Shown here: piece by piece, positions 9,986 to 19,505 of the stretch
Layout of the letters: each line of letters begins with the position of its first letter
Numbering within the stretch: position 1 is the first letter of the stretch
Assembly (NCBI GenBank): GCA_040879645.1
Contig: JBBDJY010000016.1
Location: 11,064 to 75,063 of the forward strand
From: Minisyncoccota bacterium
GTDB lineage: Bacteria; Patescibacteriota; Minisyncoccia; Phycocordibacterales; XYD1-FULL-46-19
Direction: 5' to 3'
DNA length: 64,000 nt
Made by a program: the position numbers and the translations under genes
The notes under the pieces: model-generated
What the model was told of the DNA's origin: nothing
Database searches by the model: none
Seen by the model: only the letters and a program-made list of their open reading frames with translations

Positions 9986-10103
9986 TACAATAAATTAATT
10001 AGAGACAAAATCTCGGAAATTCTTGATAAAAAAGTATCACTTATGAAAAACGAGTGGTCTCAAGCCGGGAGTATCAAACAGGATTGATAAAAAATTAGAG
10101 GAA
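9986..10103 (+). pseudogene. Frameshifted remnant of a MazG-like/phosphoribosyl-ATP pyrophosphohydrolase-family gene
   Basis: YNKLIRDKISEILDKK; restoring two single-base deletions gives GITYEKRVVSSREYQTGLIKKLEE, fitting the YNKLVRDKIPE...EY...L..KL.EE pattern. Confidence 0.65.
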
Positions 10104-10149
10104 CGTGACGGCTTTAAGCAAAGATTTATTGTTAAAGACAAAAAGTAAT

Positions 10150-10644
10150 ATGAAAATCTATCTCGGCGCTGATCATGCCGGCTTTCAATTAAAAGAAGAA
10201 ATCAAAGCTTTTCTTTTGGAGCAGTCTTATAATGTTTCTGATGAAGGGGCTTATAAATACCAGTCGGGTGATGATTATCCCGATTTTATCGGCTTAGTGG
10301 CGGTACAGGTGGCGGCCGAACCGGAAAGTCGAGGGCTTATTTTTGGCGGTTCGGGCCAGGGCGAAGCGATGGCCGCTAATCGTTATAAAGGAGTTCGAGC
10401 GGTGGTTTATTACGGTTCGGTACCACTCAGGCCCGATACGCCGGCCGGTGAAGCCGATATTTTGCAATTATCCCGTCGGCATAACGATGCCAATGTTTTG
10501 TCTTTGGGGGCGCGGTTTGTTGATCCGGCCGAAGCTCGGGTCGCTGTCGTCAAGTGGCTGGAAACCGATTTTTCCGGCGATGAACGACACATTCGACGGA
10601 TCAAAAAAATTGAAGGTTTGGTTCACGATGAAAATGTTTTTTAA
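10150..10644 (+). CDS. rpiB: Ribose-5-phosphate isomerase B family
   Basis: IYLGADHAGF, DDYPD, GGSGQGEAMAANR, HNDANVLSLGARF, RHIRRI. Confidence 0.94.
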   Translation: MKIYLGADHAGFQLKEEIKAFLLEQSYNVSDEGAYKYQSGDDYPDFIGLVAVQVAAEPESRGLIFGGSGQGEAMAANRYKGVRAVVYYGSVPLRPDTPAGEADILQLSRRHNDANVLSLGARFVDPAEARVAVVKWLETDFSGDERHIRRIKKIEGLVHDENVF

Positions 10645-10680
10645 TCTGATGACGGTTGTCGTCTAATTGTTTTTTGGAAA

Positions 10681-11310
10681 ATGGCTAATATTACCCCATC
10701 AATCATCAGTCAAGAGTTTACGGAGATTAAAGATAAAATCGGCCGGTTGGAAGGGCTTGCGCCGTGGGTTCATTTGGATGTGATGGATGGCAAATTTGTT
10801 CCGCCGATGACTTGGTCGGCGCCTGATGACTTAAAAGCTGTTGCCGGCCAAATTAAGGTGGAAGTGCATTTAATGACCGAAAAGCCGGAAGAGATTTTAG
10901 CTGATTGGTTGTTGGTCGCCGATCGGGCGGTTATTCATTTTGAAGCCACCGATTGTTTGGCTGATATTATTGACCGGTTTAAATCTTCGGCCACCGCTAT
11001 CGGTTTGGCATTTAAATTGGAAACGCCGGTGGAGGATATTTTTCCTTATGTTGAACAAGTGGCCCTTATCCAATTGATGAGCATCGCCGAAATTGGTTAT
11101 CATGGCCGGCCGTTTGATCGTCGGGTTTTAGACAAGGTTAAAACTTTGCGGCGTCAATTCCCCGATGTTATAATTCAACTTGACGGTGGAATCAATTTAC
11201 AGACAGCACCGGAGGCGGCGTCCGCCGGCGCCGACAACTTAATCGTTGGCAGTGCCGTTTGGCAAAGTGATAATTTGCCGGCAACTTTGACTTCATTGCA
11301 AAAAATATAA
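10681..11310 (+). CDS. rpe: Ribulose-phosphate 3-epimerase
   Basis: HLDVMDGKFVP, EVHLM, QLDGGIN, IVGSA. Confidence 0.94.
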   Translation: MANITPSIISQEFTEIKDKIGRLEGLAPWVHLDVMDGKFVPPMTWSAPDDLKAVAGQIKVEVHLMTEKPEEILADWLLVADRAVIHFEATDCLADIIDRFKSSATAIGLAFKLETPVEDIFPYVEQVALIQLMSIAEIGYHGRPFDRRVLDKVKTLRRQFPDVIIQLDGGINLQTAPEAASAGADNLIVGSAVWQSDNLPATLTSLQKI

Positions 11311-11311
11311 T

Positions 11312-12205
11312 ATGGCTCATTTACATGATGAAAAAATAAAATTCTTGGAGGAGAAGGCCAATGAAATTAGGCAGGCGATTATTACCATGCTGGCCGCTAC
11401 CGGTTCGGGTCACACCGCCGGACCTTTGGGGATGGCCGATATTTTTACCATTTTATACTTTCACCTGTTACACCATGATCCCGAACGACCGGACTGGCCG
11501 GAGCGCGACCGCTTGGTGTTATCTAATGGCCATATTTGCCCGGTCTTGTATGTCACGATGGCCAAGGCCGGCTATTTTCCGGAATCGGAATTAAAGACTT
11601 TGCGTCAATTCGGTTCTCGCTTGCAAGGTCATCCTCATCGGGAGTGGTTGCCGATGCTTGAAACCAGCTCTGGTCCGCTCGGTTCCGGCCTATCCCAAGC
11701 GGTGGGAATGAGTTTGGCTTTCCGCCTGGACAAGGTAACCAATCGGTTTGTTTATTGTTTGATGTCTGACGGCGAATTAAATGAAGGTAATTCGTGGGAA
11801 GCGATAATGTTGGCCGGTAAAGAAAAATTGCATCAGTTGATTGCGATTGTTGACCGCAACAATATCCAGATTGACGGCTTGACCGAAGAGGTGATGCCGC
11901 TTGAGCCGTTGGCCGACAAGTGGCGAGCTTTTAATTGGCAGGTGATAGAGGTGGATGGGCATAATTTTGAAGACATTAATGATGCCGTCGGTCAGGCCAA
12001 AGCGGTCTTTGGCCGGCCGACGGTGATTATCGCTCACACCGTGCCGGGTAAAGGTGTGTCTTTTATGGAAAACGATTACAAGTGGCATGGCAGTCCGCCC
12101 GGCAAAGTTGATGACGATGATGGGCCGGCAAAAAACAAGCAAGCTAAAGAAGCCCTGCGGGAATTGCGTAGTCTAGGCGGGCGGATTAAGTCCGAGCATG
12201 ATTAA
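11312..12205 (+). CDS. Transketolase, N-terminal (TPP-binding) subunit
   Basis: GSGHTAG, RDRLVLSNGH, LQGHP, SDGELNEG, DRNNIQIDG. Confidence 0.95.
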   Translation: MAHLHDEKIKFLEEKANEIRQAIITMLAATGSGHTAGPLGMADIFTILYFHLLHHDPERPDWPERDRLVLSNGHICPVLYVTMAKAGYFPESELKTLRQFGSRLQGHPHREWLPMLETSSGPLGSGLSQAVGMSLAFRLDKVTNRFVYCLMSDGELNEGNSWEAIMLAGKEKLHQLIAIVDRNNIQIDGLTEEVMPLEPLADKWRAFNWQVIEVDGHNFEDINDAVGQAKAVFGRPTVIIAHTVPGKGVSFMENDYKWHGSPPGKVDDDDGPAKNKQAKEALRELRSLGGRIKSEHD

Positions 12206-12238
12206 ATAATAACGGCTAATCGCCTAAGGATAGTTCAA

Positions 12239-13228
12239 ATGTTAAAGCCAGAACAAAAATTAAATAGTAAATTGTTTGACTTGTCGGTGGACCAAGCGCC
12301 GATTCGTGATGGTTACGGCCGGGGTTTGGTGGCGGCCGGCGAAGCTGATTCGCGAGTGGTGGCTTTATGCGCCGATTTAACCGAATCAACTCGGACGGAA
12401 GCTTTTGCCGAGAAATTTCCCGACCGCTTTATCCAAGTTGGTGTTGCCGAGCAAAATCTGGCGGCGGTGGCCTCCGGCCTCTCGGCCGGTGGCAAGATTC
12501 CGTTTATTACCTCTTATGCGATGTTTAGCCCCGGTCGGAATTGGGAACAGATTCGGACGACTATTTGTTATAACAATCAACCGGTTAATATTGCCGGTTC
12601 GCATGCCGGTATTTCGGTCGGCCCCGACGGTGGGACTCATCAAGCGATTGAGGATATTGCCATTACCCGAGTCATTCCGCGTTTGCAGGTGATTGCCCCT
12701 TGTGATGTTAATGAGGCGAAAAAAGCGACACTGGCCGCCGCCAAATCGGGTAGCCCGACTTATCTTCGCTTGGCCCGTAATCCAACACCGGTCGTGACGA
12801 CCGAAGGCTCACCTTTTATTATCGGTCAAGCTAATGTCTTGTGGGCGGACGAAAAACCGGCGGTGGCGATTATCGCTTGCGGTTCGTTGGTCTATCAAGC
12901 GCTTTTGGCGGCCAAAAAATTGTCCGCCGAGGGCTTACCGGTGTCGGTTACTAATTTGCATACGATTAAACCGCTTGACGAAAAAACTTTGACCCGAGTC
13001 TGCGGTGAGGCCTCGGCGGTGGTTACGGTGGAAGAACATCAAAAAGCCGGCGGTTTGGGGAGTGCGGTGGCTGAATTTTTGGCCGGGACCGTACCAAAAC
13101 CAATGGAATTTGTGGCGGTTAATGATGAATTCGGTCAATCGGGTGAACCCAATCAATTACTCGAACATTATCACTTGGATTCGGCGGGAATTATTGAAGC
13201 GGTCAAAAAAGCCAAAGGCCGAACCTAA
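12239..13228 (+). CDS. Transketolase, C-terminal subunit
   Basis: GVAEQN, GPDGGTHQAIED, YLRL.R, TIKPLD, TVEEH...GGLGSAVAE. Confidence 0.95.
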   Translation: MLKPEQKLNSKLFDLSVDQAPIRDGYGRGLVAAGEADSRVVALCADLTESTRTEAFAEKFPDRFIQVGVAEQNLAAVASGLSAGGKIPFITSYAMFSPGRNWEQIRTTICYNNQPVNIAGSHAGISVGPDGGTHQAIEDIAITRVIPRLQVIAPCDVNEAKKATLAAAKSGSPTYLRLARNPTPVVTTEGSPFIIGQANVLWADEKPAVAIIACGSLVYQALLAAKKLSAEGLPVSVTNLHTIKPLDEKTLTRVCGEASAVVTVEEHQKAGGLGSAVAEFLAGTVPKPMEFVAVNDEFGQSGEPNQLLEHYHLDSAGIIEAVKKAKGRT

Positions 13229-13256
13229 ACTCGTAAAACCCGATCGATGAATCTCC

Positions 13257-13323
13257 ATACCGAGGTTAAACCTCGGTATTATGGCTTAAAATAACGCTTA
13301 TAACGAGGTTAAACCTCGGTATT
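13257..13323. repeat. REP family A doublet (REPIN-like), left copy
   Basis: 67-bp unit containing two palindromes; 65/67 identical by eye to 13711..13777. Confidence 0.92.
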
Positions 13324-13443
13324 TAGATTGTTAATTGGTGGTTAATCCCCACCTAGTATTGTTGCCACTTGATTTTTTAGATAATCGTTTTATGCTAAAA
13401 ACAGAAGAACTTTATTCTATTGTTGGGCAATGGAGGACGAGTG

Positions 13444-13665
13444 ATGTTTGAAGAAGAGAGGCAAGTCAACGGAGAGCGAGATTTGGCCGCTTGGAATCAG
13501 GAACAAATTGCCGAGATGCTGGGGGATGACAATCGTTATTTCGCCGGCCAGCGTTTCGGTCATAGTCCGACCAAGCAAGAAGCCGTCAGACATTATGTCG
13601 AATGTGGCGGACCGACAGATTTCGCCAGGCGAAATGCGAAGAATCCGCGTTTCTATCGGTCGTAA
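13444..13665 (+). CDS. Small hypothetical protein (73 aa) between REP doublets
   Basis: GGAGG SD at 13432, ATG 13444, own downstream terminator. Confidence 0.65.
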   Translation: MFEEERQVNGERDLAAWNQEQIAEMLGDDNRYFAGQRFGHSPTKQEAVRHYVECGGPTDFARRNAKNPRFYRS

Positions 13666-13670
13666 CTCAA

Positions 13671-13701
13671 AAGGCAGGGGAGACTCCCCTGCCTTATTTT
13701 T
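13671..13701 (+). terminator. Intrinsic terminator
   Basis: aaggcagggga-gac-tcccctgcctt followed by attttt. Confidence 0.75.
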
Positions 13702-13710
13702 GGTATTCTA

Positions 13711-13813
13711 ATACCGAGGTTAAACCTCGGTATTATGGCTTAAAACAACGCTTATACCGAGGTTAAACCTCGGTATTATCTTTTTTTTGGCCCGAGGTTT
13801 AACCTCGGGCCAA
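13711..13813. repeat. REP family A doublet (right copy) plus a single REP
   Basis: Doublet 13711..13777; ttggcccgaggtttaacctcgggccaa 13787..13813. Confidence 0.92.
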
Positions 13814-13826
13814 GTCAAAAAAGGTT

Positions 13827-14825
13827 TTAGTTTATTTTATCCGGTCGGTAATTTTCCGGTGCTTCAGCCAGGTACTCTTCTAATTTTTCTCGAGACAAGA
13901 GGCCGGCTTGAGCGCCAACATTTTGGACAACAGACATAGAATTAATCGGCCCCCAAGTCAGGGCTTCGGGAATGGTCTTGCCGAGGATAATCGCCGAGGT
14001 AAAAGTACTGGCGAAAGAGTCACCGGCTCCGGTCCGGTCAACCGGCGGTTTCGGGTCGGGATAAATCGGCATATGCCAAATACCCTGATCATCGCCGGCA
14101 TAGGCACCGGCCGGACCGTCGGTGATAACGGCCATCTTGGGGCCGAGAGCGCGAATGCCTTCAACTAATTCAGTGATGTCGGCCTCTTCTTTGCCGAGAA
14201 TTGATTTGGCTTCTTGAACATTGCAGAAAAAGAGCGCCGATACTTTATAAATATCGCCTAATTCTTCCGGCCCGAGTTTGATTTGGAAAGTGCCGGGCTG
14301 GAAAGCCAGTTTGATTTCCGGATTATCTTTCAGGTAACTGGCAATTTGGTGATGGAAAGGAACGGAATTTTCACCCAAGGAACTTAAATAAATCCATTTT
14401 GGTTTGCCGATATTCGCCGGCAAATCATAATTAAATTCGGTGTGTTTGATGAGGATGGTTCGTTCGTCGTTGAACCACAAAACATAGTGGTAATTGGTCT
14501 TTTCGCCGGGGTGAGTTTTGATAAATGAAGTATCAATCCCTTCGCGGTTAAAGACTTCCAAAGCGTTTCGGCCGGTGTCGTCGTCGCCCATATCGGTCAT
14601 AATCGCCGATTTAAGCCCCAGGCGGGCGGCGGAAACGGCGGCATTCGGACTATTTCCGACGGCCGGGATTTCGGTCACCGATTCGTAGGGGACTTTGTCG
14701 CCGAAACGCAAACTAATCTTGCAATTTTCCTGATTGATATCGCAAGTGACCTCAGCGTCTTTTAAGCGAATAAAGGCATCGGTGGTAACATCGCCAATGC
14801 CGAGAAAGTCGATTTCTTTGTCCAT
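13827..14825 (-). CDS. PfkB-family carbohydrate kinase
   Basis: GNSPNAAVSAARLG and the DRTGAGDSF PfkB signature. Confidence 0.93.
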   Translation of the reverse strand: MDKEIDFLGIGDVTTDAFIRLKDAEVTCDINQENCKISLRFGDKVPYESVTEIPAVGNSPNAAVSAARLGLKSAIMTDMGDDDTGRNALEVFNREGIDTSFIKTHPGEKTNYHYVLWFNDERTILIKHTEFNYDLPANIGKPKWIYLSSLGENSVPFHHQIASYLKDNPEIKLAFQPGTFQIKLGPEELGDIYKVSALFFCNVQEAKSILGKEEADITELVEGIRALGPKMAVITDGPAGAYAGDDQGIWHMPIYPDPKPPVDRTGAGDSFASTFTSAIILGKTIPEALTWGPINSMSVVQNVGAQAGLLSREKLEEYLAEAPENYRPDKIN

Positions 14826-15012
14826 AAAAATAAATGGTTAAATAAGAATGAATAAAATATCTGGCCAAACGACAGCCGTATCTTTATTATACAGAAAAAT
14901 GCCAATTGACCAATCAAGGCAAATGGACTAGAGAGTGTCACGAAGTTTAACCTCGGGCCGGGCTCGGATTGAATTTGGTCATTTGGGTGATTATCGGTTA
15001 TAATTCTTTTAT

Positions 15013-15879
15013 ATGACATATTTGGAAACAATTAAGCAAGCGGAAGCGGAGAAAAAAGCCATCGGACATTTTAATATTTCCAATATTGAAGGTTTCCACG
15101 CGGTGATTGAGTCAGCGCGAGGGCTTGATTTGCCGGTGATCATCGGCGTGTCCGAAGGAGAGAGAAAATTTATCGGCGTTAAACAAGTGAAGGCCTTGGT
15201 TGATAGCGCCAAAGCCGAAGGCCGGCCGGTGTGGCTTAATGCCGATCACACTTATTCTTTTGACGGCGTCAAAGAAGTGGTGGATGCCGGTTTTGATTCG
15301 GTTATCTTTGATGGCAGTAATTTGGAATTGGAAGAAAATATTAAAATTACCAAACAGTGCGTTGATTATGCCAAAGATAAAAATCCCGATATTTTGATTG
15401 AAGGCGAGATTGGCTATATCGGTACTTCGTCCAAGGTGCTGGAAGAAATTCCGGCCGAAGTGGTCGCCGCCGGCAAGGCGGCGGTCACGCCGGAGATTGC
15501 CAAACAGTATGTCGAGGCGACCGGTGTTGATTTATTGTCGCCGGCCGTCGGTAATATTCACGGGATGTTAAAGCATGAACATAATCCGAAATTAAAAATA
15601 GAGTTGATTAAAGAAATCAGAGCGGCGGCCGGTGTGCCCCTTGTTTTGCATGGTGGGTCGGGGATTACCGATGATGATTTTCGGGCGGCCATCGTCGCCG
15701 GTATTAGTCTGGTGCATATCAATACCGAGATTCGCGTCGCTTTCCAAAATGCTCTCAAGCAGACCTTGCAGGAAAATCCCGACGAAATTGCTCCCTATCG
15801 TTTGTTGGCGCCGGCGGTGTCGGCGATGGAAGCGGTTATTACCAAAAGACTTAAACTGTTTGCCGGTAAAAATGTTTGA
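15013..15879 (+). CDS. fba: Class II fructose-bisphosphate aldolase
   Basis: LNADHT, FDGS, EGEIG, AVGNIHG, PLVLHGGSG, INTE. Confidence 0.93.
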   Translation: MTYLETIKQAEAEKKAIGHFNISNIEGFHAVIESARGLDLPVIIGVSEGERKFIGVKQVKALVDSAKAEGRPVWLNADHTYSFDGVKEVVDAGFDSVIFDGSNLELEENIKITKQCVDYAKDKNPDILIEGEIGYIGTSSKVLEEIPAEVVAAGKAAVTPEIAKQYVEATGVDLLSPAVGNIHGMLKHEHNPKLKIELIKEIRAAAGVPLVLHGGSGITDDDFRAAIVAGISLVHINTEIRVAFQNALKQTLQENPDEIAPYRLLAPAVSAMEAVITKRLKLFAGKNV

Positions 15880-17518
15880 CCTAACGGCAAAATTAAAAAC
15901 GACGATTAAGGGGGAAGTGGCTTCGGATGCCGAAACTCTTAAGCGTTACAGTCGGGATACCAGTTTGTTTGAAGTTAAGCCTCAAGCGGTAGTTTTTCCG
16001 GCCGACCGGGCCGACATTGAAAGCTTGGTCCGATTTGTTAATGAGCATAAGCCAGCCGAACCGTCTTTGTCGTTGACCGCCCGGTCGGCCGGCACCGACA
16101 TGACCGGTGGCCCGCTAAATGATTCGATTATTTTAAGTTTGACCGAACACTTAAATCGCGTCGATCGGGTTGATGAAGAAAATTTGGAAGCGGTGGTGGA
16201 GCCGGGCGTTTTTTACCGTGATTTTGAAGAGAAAACTTTGCCCAAGCATATTTCTCTGCCAACTTATCCGGCTTCCAAATCGATTGCCGCTTTGGGTGGA
16301 ATGATTGCCAATAATTCCGGTGGCGAAAAGACTTTGCGTTACGGCAAGACGGCCGATTATGTGAAGGAAATGGAAGTGGTATTGGCCGATGGCGAGTCTT
16401 ACACCCTGAAGAGCTTGTCACCTGATGAGTTGGAGGAGAAAAAGAAACAAACCGATTTTGAAGGTGAATTGTATCGCCGAACTCATGATTTGTTAGAAAA
16501 TAATTTTGATATTATCCAAAAAGCTCGGCCGGATGTATCCAAAAATTCGGCCGGTTATGCCTTGTGGCGGGTTTGGGATCGCCAACATTTTGATTTAACC
16601 CAGCTTTTTTGCGGGGCTCAAGGCACTCTCGGTATTATCACCAAAGCTAAATTGCGCTTGATTAAAGACAAACCCAAACGCCGATTGATTGCCTTATTCT
16701 TTAATAATTGGGACGAATTGCCGGCGGTGGTTAATGCTCTCCTGCCTCACGATCCGGAAGGGCTGGAAGCCTTTGATGATGAGACGCTTAAATTGGGTTT
16801 GCGTTTTATGCCGGAAATCGCCAAACGGGCCGGCCGGAATTTCTTCGCTTTTGCCTGGCAATTTTGGCCGGAAGTCCTAATCGGTATCAAAATGCTCGGA
16901 TTACCAAAGTTGATTGTTCTTGTCCAGTTGGCCGAGGATAGCGAACAGGCGATCGATATTAAAACGGCGGAGATAAAAAGAGCTTTGGCTGGTTTCCGGG
17001 TTCACTATCGGGTGTTGCTGACGGAAACCGAAGCCAATAAATATTGGGTCATGCGCCGACAAAGTTTCGCCCTATTGCGTGAGCATGTTAAAGGCAAAAA
17101 GACCGCCCCGTTTATTGAAGACTTTTGCGTCAAACCGGAAGTCATTCCCGAATTTTTACCTCAAGCCATTGCCATTTTGCGGGAACATGGCATCAAGGTA
17201 AATATTGCCGGTCACGCCGGCAATGGTAATTTTCACATTATTCCCTTAATGGATTTGCGCCGGCAAAGCGAGCGGGACAAAATTACGGTGGTGGCTGATA
17301 AGTTTTATGATTTAGTCGTTAAGTACAAGGGCTCAATTACCGCCGAGCATAACGACGGCATTATTCGCACCCCGTATCTGGAAAAGATGTACGGGACGGA
17401 GATTTATGATATTTTCCGTCAAGTCAAACAAATTTTTGATCCGCAAAACATTTTTAATCCCGGCAAAAAAATCGGCGGGGACATTGCCTATTTAAAAAGC
17501 CATATTGCTAAAGATTAA
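15872..17518 (+). CDS. FAD-binding oxidoreductase (GlcD/D-lactate dehydrogenase-like)
   Basis: YSRDTS, RSAGT..TGG, GGMIANNSGG, GAQGTLG, GHAGNGNFH, EHNDG, FDP..IFNPGK; start ATG 15872 overlaps the end of fba. Confidence 0.9.
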   Translation: MFDLTAKLKTTIKGEVASDAETLKRYSRDTSLFEVKPQAVVFPADRADIESLVRFVNEHKPAEPSLSLTARSAGTDMTGGPLNDSIILSLTEHLNRVDRVDEENLEAVVEPGVFYRDFEEKTLPKHISLPTYPASKSIAALGGMIANNSGGEKTLRYGKTADYVKEMEVVLADGESYTLKSLSPDELEEKKKQTDFEGELYRRTHDLLENNFDIIQKARPDVSKNSAGYALWRVWDRQHFDLTQLFCGAQGTLGIITKAKLRLIKDKPKRRLIALFFNNWDELPAVVNALLPHDPEGLEAFDDETLKLGLRFMPEIAKRAGRNFFAFAWQFWPEVLIGIKMLGLPKLIVLVQLAEDSEQAIDIKTAEIKRALAGFRVHYRVLLTETEANKYWVMRRQSFALLREHVKGKKTAPFIEDFCVKPEVIPEFLPQAIAILREHGIKVNIAGHAGNGNFHIIPLMDLRRQSERDKITVVADKFYDLVVKYKGSITAEHNDGIIRTPYLEKMYGTEIYDIFRQVKQIFDPQNIFNPGKKIGGDIAYLKSHIAKD

Positions 17519-17730
17519 GACAGCCCCGAAGGGCTGTCTTTGCAGTCGGTTGGACAGAATATGGAAACTGTCCTGCTCTAGTTATTACCCACCAATATCC
17601 AAGAGTCTTGTTCTTGATTGATATTGGTTTTGTGCGTGGGGTTCCTGTAAAGGAAGTCGTCTTTCGCTCAAGCACAATAAGAGCGATTGACCAAGCCGTT
17701 GCCGACAACAAGACTACGACAACGGCCATT
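17517..17730 (-). ncRNA. Candidate structured ncRNA (unassigned family)
   Basis: Minus-strand TTGAAA-16-TATAAT promoter, five consecutive hairpins, a loop-loop complementarity and a final C(UUCG)G hairpin; see findings. Confidence 0.5.
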
Positions 17731-17744
17731 GATTTAATTATATC

Positions 17745-17876
17745 TCACTCGCTGTCAATTTCAAGGGCTTTTATTAGACTTCTGGTTTTTTCATTTCCGG
17801 CCCCGAACCTCCGTCTTTGACCGGCACAAATACCACAAGCGATTTTAGAATGTTTTCTTTTTCGTTTGTAGTTCAT
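17745..17876 (-). CDS. Possible 43-aa basic CxxC peptide
   Basis: Own translation: MNYKRKRKHSKIACGICAGQRRRFGAGNEKTRSLIKALEIDSE; no homology recognised. Confidence 0.3.
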   Translation of the reverse strand: MNYKRKRKHSKIACGICAGQRRRFGAGNEKTRSLIKALEIDSE

Positions 17877-17919
17877 TTAATAATTGTAAAAGAAAATGCC
17901 TACCGTTGCCAATAGTAAA

Positions 17920-18652
17920 TGTTATCAAACACCGGGTGTTTGATAATCTTCTTTAGCGCCACTGGTTTCAACCCATTTTTTATAACTTTGGCCGGGGTTT
18001 GGCCCGTCCATTTGGTCCATGATTATTTTGGGTTTAAGTAATTCGCCCCAACGATTTTCATTGGTGTAGTCGCTAAAACTTGACCAACGATATTCTGTTT
18101 CTCGATTATTATAGTCAATCTCCCTTGCGTTTAAGTGGACGTAGGCCGAAGCATAAAGTAATTGCTCATTGTCTTTAATGTGAACAGCGCGAAAAGGTCC
18201 TTGAAAAAGGTGTCCAGATTGTTGATATCTGGTATTGAAATACTTGGTATAACCGTTAAGAATCTTTTGCATGTAGGTGGAAACTCCGTTATCCACATTT
18301 GATTGGACAATCAAATGAAAATGGTTCGGCATCAAACAAAAGGCGATCAATGTCACTAGACGATTTTCGATGAGGGTTTCAATGTCTTGATGGTTAAAGC
18401 CGAAATTGTTTTCTTTTATAAATTTTTTTGCATGCGATCCGATATTATTGATACTGCGGGCTGATTGTAAATGAAGAATATACAATAAAAATCTGGCACG
18501 ATCTAAGTCATCTTTAAAGATATCGCATTTAAGGTTTCCTCGGTTAACTAAGTGAAAATATTCACCGGCGACAAAAGGAGTTTTTCGATAAGTCATGATA
18601 TTTCAATCATACCATACAATCCCGATTATCAAACACCCGGTGTTTGATAACA
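17920..18652 (-). mobile_element. RAYT-1 locus bounded by perfect 29-bp inverted repeats that are themselves palindromes (REP family B)
   Basis: tgttatcaaacaccgggtgtttgataatc 17920..17948 is the exact reverse complement of 18624..18652. Confidence 0.88.
17925..18596 (-). CDS. REP-associated tyrosine transposase (Y1/IS200-like HUH), RAYT-1
   Basis: YFHLVNRG...IF.DD.DR..FL, FCLMPNHFHL (HUH), GHLFQGPF, YVHLN, YRWSS. Confidence 0.92.
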   Translation of the reverse strand: MTYRKTPFVAGEYFHLVNRGNLKCDIFKDDLDRARFLLYILHLQSARSINNIGSHAKKFIKENNFGFNHQDIETLIENRLVTLIAFCLMPNHFHLIVQSNVDNGVSTYMQKILNGYTKYFNTRYQQSGHLFQGPFRAVHIKDNEQLLYASAYVHLNAREIDYNNRETEYRWSSFSDYTNENRWGELLKPKIIMDQMDGPNPGQSYKKWVETSGAKEDYQTPGV

Positions 18653-18742
18653 AGTTTATAAACATATGAGACTCTGTAATTAAGAATTCATATGTGTCAA
18701 AATCATTGACTTTTGGTTGTTTTTGGCTATACTGCATTTGTT

Positions 18743-19393
18743 ATGAATTTAAATCTAAAAACGGAAAAAAGAGAAGTTTTCGGCAAGAATCTGCGTCAAG
18801 ACCGTGAGGCGGGTAAAATGCCGGTTGTCCTTTATGGCACAAAGGACAAAGTCGTGTCGTTGTTTGTGGATAGCCGAGAATTTGCCAAAGCTTTGAAAGA
18901 GGCCGGCGAATCAAGTGTGATTACTTTAAAAACCGACGGCGGAGACAAAGATGTCTTGATTCATGATGTCCAATTTGATCCGGTGGCCGGCCAGCCGATT
19001 CACGCTGATTTTTACGCCGTGGATAAAGATAAAAAGGTGGAAGTGGATATTCCGCTGGTCTTTACTGGCGAATCGCCGGCCATTCGCGAATTGGGAGCAA
19101 TTTTGATCAAAGTGATGCACGAATTGCCGGTTGAAGCTCTGCCTCGTGATTTACCTCATGAAATAACGGTGGATATTTCAAATCTGAAGACTTTGGACGA
19201 TCAAATTAAAATTGAAGATATTTCTTTGCCGGCTGGGGTTGTTGCTTTAGGCGAAGCCGACGAAGTCGTTGTTTTACTTGAAGAAGCTCGGGAAGAAGTG
19301 GAAGAAGAAACTCCGGCCCCCGACCTATCAACTATTGAAGTGGAAAAGAAGGGTAAGGCCGAAGAGACCGACGAAACGGAAACTAAAGCCTAA
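18743..19393 (+). CDS. rplY: 50S ribosomal protein L25 (CTC type)
   Basis: PVVLYG, VLIHDVQFDPV..QPIHADFY, ALPRDLPHEITVDIS. Confidence 0.95.
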   Translation: MNLNLKTEKREVFGKNLRQDREAGKMPVVLYGTKDKVVSLFVDSREFAKALKEAGESSVITLKTDGGDKDVLIHDVQFDPVAGQPIHADFYAVDKDKKVEVDIPLVFTGESPAIRELGAILIKVMHELPVEALPRDLPHEITVDISNLKTLDDQIKIEDISLPAGVVALGEADEVVVLLEEAREEVEEETPAPDLSTIEVEKKGKAEETDETETKA

Positions 19394-19505
19394 TTTCCCG
19401 GGGCGTATCGGCAAAGAGAGCCGGTATGTTATAATAAACGGACCGGCCTCGGCCGGTCCGTTTATGTCTTTAACTAATCATTTGATTTTACCGCCGACTA
19501 AGGCG

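Noticed and set aside
8686-17518. Sugar-metabolism cluster as a novel pathway
   Set aside because: These are ordinary glycolysis and non-oxidative pentose phosphate genes.
15632-19505. Long N-terminal extensions of ORFs 15632 and 19269
   Set aside because: They overlap fba and rplY; better starts are 15872 and ~19506.
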